Both the position numbers and the translations under genes were made by a program. The notes below the pieces were generated by a model that had not been told where the DNA came from, searched no databases, and was given only the letters and a program-made list of their open reading frames with translations. A DNA stretch of 63,472 nucleotides, the filler included, from Sphacelaria rigidula (Eukaryota): assembly GCA_964200075.2 (NCBI GenBank). It is 6 parts of 6 records of this genome, joined end to end, with 100 filler letters (N's around TTAATTAATTAA, not from the genome) between each part and the next. Parts side by side here need not be neighbours in the genome. Positions count along the whole stretch, not along the records: positions 1 to 10,497 come from CAXNAA020006389.1; positions 10,598 to 21,093 come from CAXNAA020006390.1; 4 more parts are not named here. The stretch is one strand, 5' to 3'. Below, in pieces: positions 1-11,350 of the stretch (the stretch's first letter is position 1; every line of letters begins with the position of its first letter).

Positions 1-882
1 CACTGCCAGGTGCTTACCGCTACACGTTGATATTCTACACAGGGCTTTCGAGGGCCTCAGTGGCAAGCTACTACAGAGAGAATATAGGGCCTGGTGGAGG
101 TGCATTTCGGAACTGAAACGGCTTATTCCCTAATTGACCGCTTTTCCCTCTCAATCATACCTTCAACTCTCAATTTCACGAAAATGTTGTTCTTTGCAGG
201 AAGTCGGTTGTCTGAGACCCGGCAAATTTGTCATATCATAGCGTGACAAGTCAACGTCTCACGCACGTTGCATCACAGCCTACCTTCAAATTGCGATCTA
301 AGTTTTCAACTCGTTTGGATCGGGTAATGTATCGGCTTCGACGGTCATTCCGAAGACGAAATTCTCGTGTTGCTGACACCAGAAAATCAGAGGTCGCTTA
401 GTTGACGTGCCGTTAACACACAGAAAATGTGAAGGCTAAACGTTAAGGCGAAACCCGTTTAGCCTCCCACACCATCATCCCCCGGATTTTCCAACTCGAC
501 GAGCGCTTTTACCAGCAGACAGTCATGATCTGCTGCAAAGGAGACGGTTGCAGCGCTCATCGTGAGGCTTCTGCGAGAGACTGAATCGGGGAAAGATGGA
601 GTACGAGGTTTGCAAGCAGCCTTGAGACACGACGGAAAGGGGAATGGGAGAGGCTCAGCTGAAACAGCACGTTCTCTTGTCAGGGTCTAGTATCCACACA
701 ATATAGCTCCTCCACTTTCTCCATGGAATAGCCAACCGCTCATATCGTCCAGGTTAGGCGGCGCAGGGAAAATATCGTTGATGAACCCTATGCCCGAGGT
801 ATGCAATTGCACCCTTACCTGAACTTGTAATTTCATCTCTTGAACGGTGTGACATGCGTGTTGTTTCGAACTTGTGCGGCAG

Positions 883-3800
883 GAACGCGACTAAGCCTCA
901 GGAAGCCGAGCTTGCGATCGCTACCGTAGCAACGAAGAACGCTGCCGGCGAGTGGATTTGCTCGTGCGATCATGTCTCCGGCAAAGAAGTGAAAAGACTG
1001 ACTGAAGCCTTTATTGAAAGACACGGAGACTCGGAGAAGCACAAGTAGGCTTTTCGTTAGTGCGTGCGTGTGGCATCGAAACCTCAAATGTTTGGACGCG
1101 AACAAAGCGCGCGACATTTTTTCCCTTATCACAGCGTTTGAATGTGTTACAATTACCGGGAGTCTCGCTGAGGGCCTGATCGAGTACACAAGGGTTGCTC
1201 AAATGTTGAAAGAAATAATCACCGCTTTTTTTTGCTGTGTCATTTGGCCAGGGCGCGAATGGTGGTGATGAGGGGAGTACGTTCCAACCTCACGATGTTG
1301 AACCTCTTTTCGGAGACCCCACCTGCACGAGCGGACCTCAGACGGAGCCAGCAAGAGCAATATCGGATCCCGCAGGTGATGATAGGAGAGAGGCAGAGGC
1401 CGGTGATGTCGAAGTGGCAGTGAGCAGCGATACTGAGCCTGGGAGTTGTCGTGGTGCCAGAAATAATGATGTCATCTTGGGGAGAGATGACCCGCCACCT
1501 TCCCCTGCACAGCGCACGACCTTGGGGTTGTCACTATAGTGCTTTCCGTGTTCGGGCTATGCGCTAAATATTCCCCGCCCCGCTTCCCGAAACTACCCAA
1601 GAGTCATCCCACGATAGGGGGGGGGGGGGGATTCGATTGCCCAAAAAAGAGGCTCGAAAGTGTATCAGACGACCTGCCACACTCAGGGGGCGCTTGTATT
1701 GGGTTCAAAACGGTGTCAATCGGTATGAATGAGCATTATTCATCTATAACAAGCTCGTTCGAGCAACCGTTGCTCCTTTCAACGAAGATTCGACTTGAAA
1801 TTTCGTGCAAAAAGTGGTCCAAAATGTACCCCTCCCCCCCCCCCTATCGTAGGATGACTCCCCATCGCTTTACACGATGGGGCTCATGGTGGCTACCTGT
1901 TGCCCTGGCGCGTGGTCGTCACGACCGACTCCGTCGTCGTTCATGCGTAGTAGGTAGTCAGCGACAGTAGCGAAGCATGCGTCGTGTTTGTTGACGAGGA
2001 AGGGGCATCTTGTGCGAGCTGTTCAAGACTGGAATACAACACACGACTGCGAGGTATGCCTCTTTGTATAACCCGAGCTGTTTAGTTTTTAACATACTGT
2101 TTACTGTTGTAAGTGGATAGGATTACTCTAACTTTAGTCGAATTGCTCTTGTTATTCACTCGCGTGCGTACATAATTTAGTATACCGTTCCGGCGTAACT
2201 GGTATCGCATTTCTTCCTTACCTAAAAAAAGGAGAAGAGCGCGTTCGTTGTTCCATCCCCAGAGGGACATATGTTCAGGTTTCGTTGTCTCAGTTTATCC
2301 CGTGGACATGAACTCGGATTAGGAAAGCAGCAAACATTCGTGTGGACAAAAGCGCTGAGCCTAGCGACTTTCTGGGAGTCAGCTGCAGCATAGTATATGT
2401 TCTCGCCTGAGCAACAGCATATTTGTCGCATACGTTGCTATTGCAAGGCATCTACGATCGGGCTAGGCTGTCCGTACAAACCTCGGAAGCCCGACACCTC
2501 AATCACTGGTATCTGAAGGCTAATCAATCTGGAGAAACAGAGCGCGCATACTGGAAGCGGGTTGACGAGGGGCGACTGCGGCAGTTCAACGTCATGAAGC
2601 AGGTGATGCGGATAGCAAATGAGCTCGATACAACGAAGTGCTTTGTGCTGTTCCTCAGCCAGAACGACGTGCCGGGACTGCGGCGTCACATGGCACAGAT
2701 GCTGAAGGAGGGCTATTCAACGCTTAAAATGCTCCAAAACCTTCAACGGGCAGTAGAGGGACTGTACAGCGCGCGGGGCTGTAGTACGGACGACTTGGAT
2801 CTTGCCATACTCGTATTGCGACAGGGGGGACCAGTCTTGTTGTTTACTCTTCATCAAAGAAGGGGGCTCCCAAGCCTTGCAACTGTCCGGAGACACCTGA
2901 AGAACCACGGGATGAGTATGTGGGCGAATGAGCGCATGTGATGTTAGGAAGACGTGACTGCTCATTCGCGGGTATTTACTACTCAAGAGTGGCGCTGCGT
3001 AAGTTGTGGGCGCCTGAGCCACCCACTACGTACGCCGGAACCGCAACTTCACGGTTCTGAACTGTAGATATTGCTTCTTATCGCGTGGCCGTCCTCTGCA
3101 TTCCCTTCATGATTTGTGCAGATGACTTTCCTGTCCTCCGCCTCCTCGGGCCAAGAACCCCTTAAGGGAAGCATCACGGCAAATCTTGGGCAGATTGCCA
3201 CGATGTACGTAGGGATGAAGAAGGTGTGGCTAATGTCGATGGATGAGTTGGCCCTGGAGATGCGGACGAGGTACTTCAACGAAGATAACACGGTAAGACC
3301 AGAAAAAACGAAGAGAAGAGATATGTACGTGGGCTTGATGGCAGTGAAACCCACTCCTGTGCGTAGGGGCTAAACATGCCACAAAATTATGAGACCCAGA
3401 TGCTCTTGTGCACGTTTGCAATAATAAGAGGGTAACATGCATCGCTGTTGGACTGTTGTCTTTGTCGTGAATTTTGCACGTTTTATATGGTCGCTTGCAT
3501 TGTGTGTGAATCGATCCACAACTTCAATCATTTTGAACGATATTGCAGATCATGGGCCCATGTGTTCAGCACACGAATACCGACCACATCACCTTCAACA
3601 CCATCGACGATGTAGAGAGGCTGGGCAAGATGGTGACGGACGGAAAGTGCCACCCAGGCAGCGAAAGCACGGTGATTTCGCTCACCGCAATGGCAGAAGG
3701 GCACACGCTGTCGGTTGTTGCGTTCAGCAGCTGTAAGGAGGGTGACCCTGTCCCACAGCGGAGGGTACTGGACACGGTGGACAATACAAAAATGGAGACG

Positions 3801-5534
3801 TTGTATGTACTAAGATTGAGCCGCTTACTGCTTTTCCATACGTGGTGAATGCATCGCGACAGGTTTCGGTGTGTGTGTTCCGTTGTGGTGCTACTTGACG
3901 GGTACCCGATTGGTTGCGCTGACATTGGTACTGAATGACTGGTTTCCGGTCAGACCACACAGGGGCAGACGTAGGCGCACGACCGGTAGCAGGACGACCG
4001 CTTTGTACTTCCCGGGCTCCAGTATATCCACCGTTTTTTGTGTCGCCCTTTGTCGACAGTAATCTCGTGATCCATTGTCACCGGCAACTAGGTGGAGAGG
4101 CTTTGGAATCACCACTTTCGCCAGGACCACGGCAGTATTGTCGCCATGTTCTCTGATGGTGATGCCGTACGGCTCAGCGTGCGTTTCGACGAGGGCGGCG
4201 AAATTGCGTCAGACGCCTTGAATCACCCCCTCCTGCAGGACAATACCCACAGCGAAATCGAAGTTCGACAGGTGCTGGATTTGAAGCACATCATCAAGCA
4301 CGAGCACTTGCGCGATATCAACGACAAGGGTGTGAGGATTTGGCCGGGAGGACTCCCGCTCAATGCCGACCTGAACAAACGCCTTTTTCTCATGATGGAC
4401 GCCGACGTACCCGTGACTTCTTTTTTCGACGTCACTGACAAGTGCGACCAGCGGGTGTGAGGCGGTTTGTTTTGATGCGTTTTTCGGGCTCACGTACTGT
4501 TTTTTCGGGCATACATATCCAACTGGATCACCCCCACGCTTCCATCTCCATCTTACGCAAGTAACCGCGCTATGTACCGGGTACCCACGGATGCTGCATG
4601 CCTTCGCAGGCAAAATGTGGATGCGGCCGTGAGACTTCAACGGACTATTGTGGAAGTCGCAGAGACACCGCAGCCGGCGTTGAATAGCATTCAGCAAAGT
4701 CCCACTATATAAGATGCTTATGGGAATATTCAGGTGTGCCATAATATTTTTCTTGAACCTGTAAACCCTCGAGTGGACGGCAACAAGTGCGTCATCGTGC
4801 AGTTCACTAACGTGTTGAATCTCCCCTCGTCGGTAGTGGCGTGCCGTGCATTGTATGTTGTTGGTCGTATTTCCCACAACCCTTCTCCATCCCTCCTGTC
4901 GGCGTCAGGTGCAGGCATCGATTGCCGAGCGGCTTGTGGCTGTGCTCTTCGACAACACCAAAGGTATTGGCGAGCGGGGCTGTCGTGCGTTGCCCATTTG
5001 CGGCTGAATATTGTTAAGTGCCAATAGGGCAGCCTTCAAAGCATCCCAGTCATACCACGATATCCAGGCCACCGTGCGAGAAATGTTCTCTGTCGTGCAG
5101 CAAGCGAAACCCTTTGCCCGGGTGAGAATATGTACCTTTGGCAGGTGGGCTTGGATGGTTTGGAGAACCTGTTTGCCGTTGTGAGGGCCCTAACCCACTG
5201 CCGCAACGTCGACCTGAAGCAGTTGGGAGAGCGGCTTGGAGCAGCTGTAGCGATGAAGAGGGTGTACAGCGACCACGAAGGTTGGAGTTGAGTGTCTGGA
5301 CGCCTTCATGGTACTTTTAGCCACATGAACAGGATTACGTGGGACAGGGGCGCGGCGGGCAACACCGATGTGCGTCGTGTGGATCTCGCCTCGGTTTGGG
5401 AATGCGGGTGTATGGACGCTGTGTCTGTTCTCCCCGGTCATCCTGTCTACGGCGCTGAGGACTTCAACATCAGCAGGGAATCATTTTTACAGTTGGAGAG
5501 AGACGGGACTACGATGCTTAGGCCGTTCGGGTGA
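883..5534 (+). pseudogene. Degenerate multi-exon P-element/THAP9-like DDE transposase
   Basis: GT-AG bounded, phase-compatible exons (about 2423-2910, 3122-3292, 3549-3776, 4092-4454, 4734 onward, 5030-5534) give the motifs in P-type order. These are LPSLATVRRH, then LMSMDELALEMRTRY (Asp at 3242), FSDGDAVR (Asp at 4155), DLKHIIK (DxxH, 4278) and GLDGLENLFAVVR (Glu at 5163). There is a frameshift near 5110 and an in-frame TGA at 5289-5291. The 5' exon 883-1044 has CxC...HxxxxxH (zinc-finger-like). Family assignment is from motif recognition. Confidence 0.75.
1601..1860. mobile_element. 260-bp MITE with GAGTCATCC(C/T)ACGATAG-poly(G) terminal inverted repeats, inserted in the P-like element
   Basis: Left end is gagtcatcccacgatagggggg and right end is ccccctatcgtaggatgactc (reverse complement, 1 mismatch). 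The same terminus recurs at 52830 in another scaffold. Confidence 0.85.
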
Positions 5535-5877
5535 GTTGACATGTATGTATGGATTGGCAGGAACTTTTAGATTTCATCTGCATTGTGCTGTCAAAGGATA
5601 CCGAGTGAGGTAACTCGACGGCAGTTTGGATTTGGCACGTCGGGAGCTCCACGTGGGTTGGTCACCTGGTTCCACCTACCAGCTTCACCACGTCGGCCCT
5701 ACTCCTGTCTCTCACGTGTGGCCATCATCGGTATCATGTCCATGTAAACTCAAGTGGAGTCTATGACAAGGCCGTTGCTGACGTGAGCACCGCCTCTCGT
5801 ATTCAAGATAAAGCGAAGTGCGATATGCGTACTTGAAAAATGTGGAGTATATTTCGCTCAAAGGAAGGCACATCTGA

Positions 5878-5980
5878 ATGAGAAGAAGAGGAGGAGGAGG
5901 AGGAGGAGGAGGAGGAGAGGACAGAGATAAAGAGGGCGAAGGAGAAGAGGAGGGGGACAAAGAAGAAGAAGAAAAAGATA
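5878..5980 (+). repeat. (GGA/GAA)n purine-rich microsatellite
   Basis: Run gaggaggaggag...gaagaagaagaa. It may be the acidic tail of the upstream transposase. Confidence 0.8.
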
Positions 5981-7489
5981 GCACGGGAGGGGGCGGGCGG
6001 GGGCGTGAGGGTCGCAAAAGGGGTGGCAGATCTTGTTCGGTAGACAGCGCAGCGGGGCAGGCGGACAAATCTGTTCTGCCACCTAGAAGCCAGCGTGGAC
6101 GTTCGAGACACGCGAAAAGGCAGTTCCCTTGTGATACTCGAAGGCCTCTGTAGTCTAAGTAGATAGTCGTGCGGGTAGCGTATTCCACACAGGGTCTCCA
6201 ACTTAGCTCATTTACGAATGTACAATGCACAACAGTGTTTGGATATTGCTCGCGTAGTAGTCTTCTGCTTGACAATGAGCGTATCCTGACGATCAGCACT
6301 ATTATTATGCAGCAGGTTACACCAAGGCGCGCACGCTCCATACCATTGTCGACTACGATTACCATCGTCGAAAGTGACCGCGGGTCAGACAGGTTTCGGC
6401 TCGGTTGTAGCAACCGCAACCTTCACGGCGGTGAGCACAAGAAGACTGCCACGCAAATGTCGCGAATCATGCTTGCTGCTTGCGCCTTCAAACATGAATA
6501 AGAGTGCAAGATGAGTTGCAACTTAGTAGCACAAGTCCCCGGCGAAACCCGTTCGACTGTTCGTCGAAAGTGACTCGGGTCAGCGCGATATTACCCCCCC
6601 ACCCGCCCACCCCGTTGTCCCCCTACACGTTTATTCATCGCGCACCCACACTATTTATGTCGCCTTCCAGCGCACGAACGTATTTGGTACCTCAAGACGA
6701 AGCCTCAAGACAAACGCGGCACATAGCGGCAACATACGAATTCAAATAAATGTACGTGTTTTGAAAAGAAATCGGGCCCAAAAACGGGGTTCGTATAGGG
6801 GGTTGAGGTCAGTCGTTCCCAACCCTGATGTACCCCTGGTGCATGTGAAAGGATCTACCTGCCCTAGCTCACTTGCCCCCACCCATGACAGTACATACTG
6901 GATACCTAGGAAGTGGAACGGTGGCGGCACGACATCAGGGTGAGGGCCGAGACACCAGCCGAGTTGTGTAGAGATGCGATCCAAACTCGTGGAACGTCTT
7001 TTTGCTAAGAACGTACGTGTCTCGTCCAGTGTCTGGGTCAAAGCAGGAGTGAAGTTACACTTGAGCCGGTCATTTGAATTCCGCCCTTTTGTGATTGTGC
7101 TCGACAGATTGTGAATTCTGGATTTTGTTCTGTGGCGCTGTCATCATGGGCCTTTTGACCCTTTCGTTATCAACTGTTTCCCCGCTTCCCTACTTGCATG
7201 CGAGTGAAACACGTCGCACACCCAACCAATGACATGTCCGGATGCCCGGGTATGGACCATACACAAGACTTCGACTACCAACACTTCGATATGATTTTTA
7301 CGTTTTCCAGTACCCCCGCCAGTCTACACGGTACGATCCGAACGCCCTTCGCTAGTACGCCAATATTGATACTACACTAGTTTTTCACCATTTCGTTTTG
7401 ACCCAAATGTTTTCCCGAATATACTGCATCCGAATGTTCGCTGAAGATTGATTGGGAATCAGCACTAATCATGGGTGGGCAAGTCTGGG

Positions 7490-8215
7490 AATACGTCGGT
7501 ATTTACTCTACCCGAGTTTGGGTATCTTGCGTGCAAACTTGAATACTAAATTTGAAGTTATACCCAAGGTTTTTGGTACATCGGGTCCGGCCTCAGATAC
7601 TCTACCCAACTTTCGGGTAGATTGTGTGTGACCTCAAATACCCTTCTCATATGTGGAGTAGATTGAGCACGACCTCAGAGTATCTACTTAAAGTTTCGGT
7701 GGATTGAGCATGACTTTCGAGCATTCTACTCAAATTTCGGACGGATTGAGTACGACCTTCAATACTCAAATATTGAGTAAGCATTCTCAGCAATACTTGA
7801 GTGTAGAGTATCACTTGGGTATGACCTCAAGTACTATACTCAAATTTTGGGTGGGTCGAGTACGGCCTCACATACCCTACTCAAATTTTGGGTAGATTGA
7901 GTATGACCTCAAATACTCTGATCAACGTTTTCGTGACATTAGAGTAGAACGCGGATTGAGAAAGGCTTTGATCATTTGCTTCAACTTGGACAATTTTCTA
8001 TCCCGTGTGTGCTTTTCTTTGCCCCTATCACTTGCGTGTGCTTACAGTTACACGTCGATATCCTTCTCAGGGGTATCAACGTCCTTAGTGGCCAGCTGCT
8101 ACAGAAAACATAAATTGAGCAGATCGAGTGCGACCTCCAATACTCTACTCACTTTTTGGGTAAGTTGAGTTCGACCTCAAATACTCTACTCAAAACGTGA
8201 GTACTAAAAGTATGA
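7490..8215. repeat. Degenerate ~41-bp tandem array (family A)
   Basis: Unit is approximately GAGTACGACCTCAAATACTCTACTCAAATTTTGGGTAGATT. A second array occurs at 25870-26200. Confidence 0.85.
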
Positions 8216-8289
8216 CTCTTACAAAATACTGAATACAAAGTAAGAGCTGGGGGCTCGTGAATCTCGCTCAGGCGACGCACGGCGCGATA

Positions 8290-9865
8290 TCAGGAGTTGG
8301 ACGAGGAAATTTGTCAGCAGTTTTTTATGATCGAAATGCAGAAGATCACGTGACCTGTAGCCAAAATACACCAAGGCGCAGTTTATGTAGCATGTGTAGG
8401 ATCCTGGATGATGACCAGGCGACAAGGGCATCCTGTGGATGACGATCCTTGCTGTGTAGCCTAAGCCTGAAGGTACAGGTCGCGGCTGCTTACTTCGTGA
8501 ATGGATGCTCTAAGAGAAGTTCTTATCGAGCGTGAGGCCAGTGGATTCTGAAAAATTCTCTCACTGAATAGCCCTCTTGTCCAGATCGTCTGGCAGAGGC
8601 TATAATATCTAGATATTATTCTTCGGCACTCTGTTAGAGGAGTTTTGGCTGAGGAGGGATTGGGCTGCAGCATAAAGCTCGTTCAGCCCGCAGACGGAAG
8701 ACAGCTTACAGCGCACAGCGTTTGGAGGAACACACTCCGCTGGAGGGACGCTCAAGTAAGGCAAGAGTCTATCCGTGATTTTTGAGTCAAAGAGAACATG
8801 GCTCAAGCGGCAACGATGCCGCTGGTTTGGGATAAACCGTTAGAAACGTCAAAGTATGACGAGCCTAAGCAACAGAAACAGCTACCGACTTCGCGAGCGT
8901 TGTTCACTCGCGTATGTTACAATTGTGGCGGCCATGGGCATATTTCAAGGTTTTGCCCCGAGCCTCGCGCTAAAGGCGCTGCGCAAGGAAATCCGCGAGA
9001 TAGGTCAAGATCTCGAGGCGGTCGTTGTGGCGGACAAGGTTTGAGCAACCAGAGATACGGGTGCAGAGGCAGGGGCCAAAAACGAAACCAAGCGACGGAG
9101 AAGTGTAATTCCGCCGCTACTGTATCCCAAACTGCGTTTTGAAGTGATGGCGCTAGATCTCCAGGTTCGTCCGTGTCGGGGCGGCTGACATGTGTGGGAA
9201 GAGATAATACTTTGGTGGGGAGTGCTGGAGGAGAAGGCTCGCAACCCATGGGCCCGGCAGGATTCGTGTCGGGTGTCTCTTCCACTGTTGCGGCGAATGC
9301 AAAAATATCGATGTCAAGTGCTGGAGCGCTGCCTCGGCGTCAAGTGACTCTTGGAGATAACCAGAGTTTTTCTTCGGCAGGTGTGGTACCTGTCGACCGC
9401 AGCGCAGAATGTTTGCGCGCTGATCTATCTATACCCAGTTTTGTTGGTTCTTTTATGGCTCGAGTTTTTCTCGACTCTAGATCGGCAATCACATCAATAA
9501 GTGTGGGGTTGCTGCAGCACATGTCTTCACAGTTTGGGTACGCCCAGCTCCAGCTACCATTTGAAAATGGAACGCAAATGGCACAAAGCGCCACGGGTGC
9601 GCCCGTGACTATTTCTCATAAAACTGTGCCTATTGCTGTAAGCGTGCGAACGCCGTGGGGTGCTGTGAAGATCTCGCCAATCACTTTCGCAGTCATGCCT
9701 GGCAACGACAACGTGGTGTTGTTTGGCATGGCGGCTATGAAGGAACTCGGGGTATATTTGCATCCGCTGGCTTTGGAAAAGTTACGCCCGCGTGCTGTGC
9801 GGATGCAGATCGGCATGAACAACCCTCGTTATCTTCCGGGTAGGCGGGTGATCGTCCCTGAGTGA
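8290..9865 (+). mobile_element. Degenerate Gypsy-type LTR retrotransposon gag-protease fragment
   Basis: CCHC zinc knuckle CYNCGGHGHISRFC at 8915-8956. Retropepsin-like region VFLDSRSAITSIS (DSG changed to DSR, Asp at 9473) with downstream NVVLFGM. Stop codons interrupt the gag region. Confidence 0.75.
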
Positions 9866-9875
9866 TCATTTCAAA

Positions 9876-10497
9876 GTGAGAGTCAGAAGGATACAGGTGG
9901 AGAGGAAGAGGAAGCTCCTGAGTGGAGCCGTACCGCCTGTGAGGGTGCAGCCACAGTCACAGGCGACGGCTGCGAAGGCCCAGCCCAATTGCAACGATCC
10001 GGTGGAGGCCGGGTGGCTAGCTTTGTGCATTGCAGTTTTGGTGTTTGGGTTACTGTACTGCAGTTCGCAGTCAAGCTTGGAGAGAGCGGCGATGGAAATG
10101 CCGGAAAATTTCTGCTCGCGAGGGGTGAGCGAATCCAAGGTGGGGGCGCACATTCCCCCTCCCCACGAGGATCTGGTGCATGGTGGGGATAAGGTGCATG
10201 GTACTCGCCCGGAGGAGGTGATGGAATTCAATTTCCTCAGCGATGGAGCGAGTGGTCAGCTGGAAAATGGTGGGTTGGACAACGGAGATCCGATCCAAGA
10301 TAATTTGGCGATCAAAGATGATTTGAGCAACTTCGGGTGGTTGGAGCCCGCAAAGTCTAGTGTGGAGGCGAAGAAGGTGGAGCATTTTCTGACATGGTTC
10401 AAAGCAAAAGCGATGGGGTCGCCGGAGGTATGGGTCGGCGATACGGGATGGCATGTGAAGAATTGTGCGGTGAGAGCGTTTATTAAGGCGTTGATGG
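9876..10497 (+). mobile_element. Probable Copia-type gag/protease fragment, truncated by the scaffold end
   Basis: Open frame ending in EVWVGDTG, which resembles the Copia protease W-x-x-D-S/T-G motif. Confidence 0.4.
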
Positions 10498-10597
10498 NNN
10501 NNNNNNNNNNNNNNNNNNNNNNNNNNNNNNNNNNNNNNNNNTTAATTAATTAANNNNNNNNNNNNNNNNNNNNNNNNNNNNNNNNNNNNNNNNNNNN
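10498..10597. other. Artificial scaffold linker
   Basis: N44-TTAATTAATTAA-N44. Identical linkers occur at 21094-21193, 31689-31788, 42284-42383 and 52879-52978. Confidence 0.98.
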
Positions 10598-10669
10598 CCA
10601 CCTGCTCTCCGCCACACCTTCTCCCCCCCCCCCCCCCCCCCCCCCCACCTCCCACGTTGCGCCAAAAGC

Positions 10670-11350
10670 CCGGCGTGCTCCGTCCTGGCTCTGCAGGAAT
10701 ACGAGAACTACGACATGCAAAATCATGAGTTCTCTGCCCCCGCCCGTCGACACGATGGCTCTTTCAACACAAGTAGACTGTTTTGTGCAGTGACGACAGT
10801 AGGGAAAAGACGTTTTGTGCTCCATCCGTAAAATCGGCATTATTTCTCGTGAACATCTCCAGTACGGTAGCTTAATCCGTTGGGTGGATCATAGGTGCGG
10901 ACCATCATTATTGGTCGACAATGGCTTCAATGCACGCACGGACTGACTCTCTACTAGAGGTATTTCAAACTCGAGGTTCCCGTTTTTTGTCGCAGTATTT
11001 TGTAGTCAAATATATCGGTAACCCGAGTTAGCGATAGCCCCCTGCTAAGACCAAGGGTGGATGGATTTGTGTGTACTTCCGTTCCCTTGTCTTCTGTTTT
11101 TTTTCATCCACATGAACGTAAGCCATCACCCATACGATACTATACGCATCAGATCTGCGACCAGAGCGCTCGCTTCGTTCACCCATCAACAGCTTGAACA
11201 CCACCCTGCTCTGTTCGACATACATGGAGTAGGAGTGATCGGAAGGGGTCGCTTGCATCCATTACCGAACCACCATCTTATGATCCTTGACGCGGTATGC
11301 GTGAAGAGTCATGATATAGCGGTCCGCATCCAACGCGCGATACTGTAGCA
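10670..11350 (-). pseudogene. Possible degenerate Sola-like DNA transposase N-terminal region
   Basis: Minus-strand peptides IVWVMAYVH...YTQIHP and IMPILRMEHKTSFPYCRHC...H resemble the W..Y..IHLP and F-x2-C-x2-C motifs that precede the DDE core in Sola-type transposases. The frame is interrupted. Motif recall only. Confidence 0.35.

Noticed and set aside
4209-4877. 222-aa minus-strand ORF
   Set aside because: Antisense to transposase exons, with no recognisable motif.
5712-6419. 235-aa Pro/Ser-rich minus-strand ORF and overlapping frames
   Set aside because: Openness is explained by the GGA/GAA microsatellite, and there is no domain signal.
447-6553. 13-bp direct repeat ggcgaaacccgtt near 447 and 6541 as ends of the P-like element
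   Set aside because: It is direct rather than inverted, short, and has no TSD. The element termini remain undefined.
7490-8215. CRISPR-like appearance of the 41-bp arrays (also 20590-21093, 25870-26200 and 43081-43345)
   Set aside because: The units are head-to-tail and degenerate, with no unique spacers and no cas genes, in a eukaryotic context.
10542-10553. Recurrent TTAATTAATTAA motif
   Set aside because: Synthetic linker inside N-runs, not biological.
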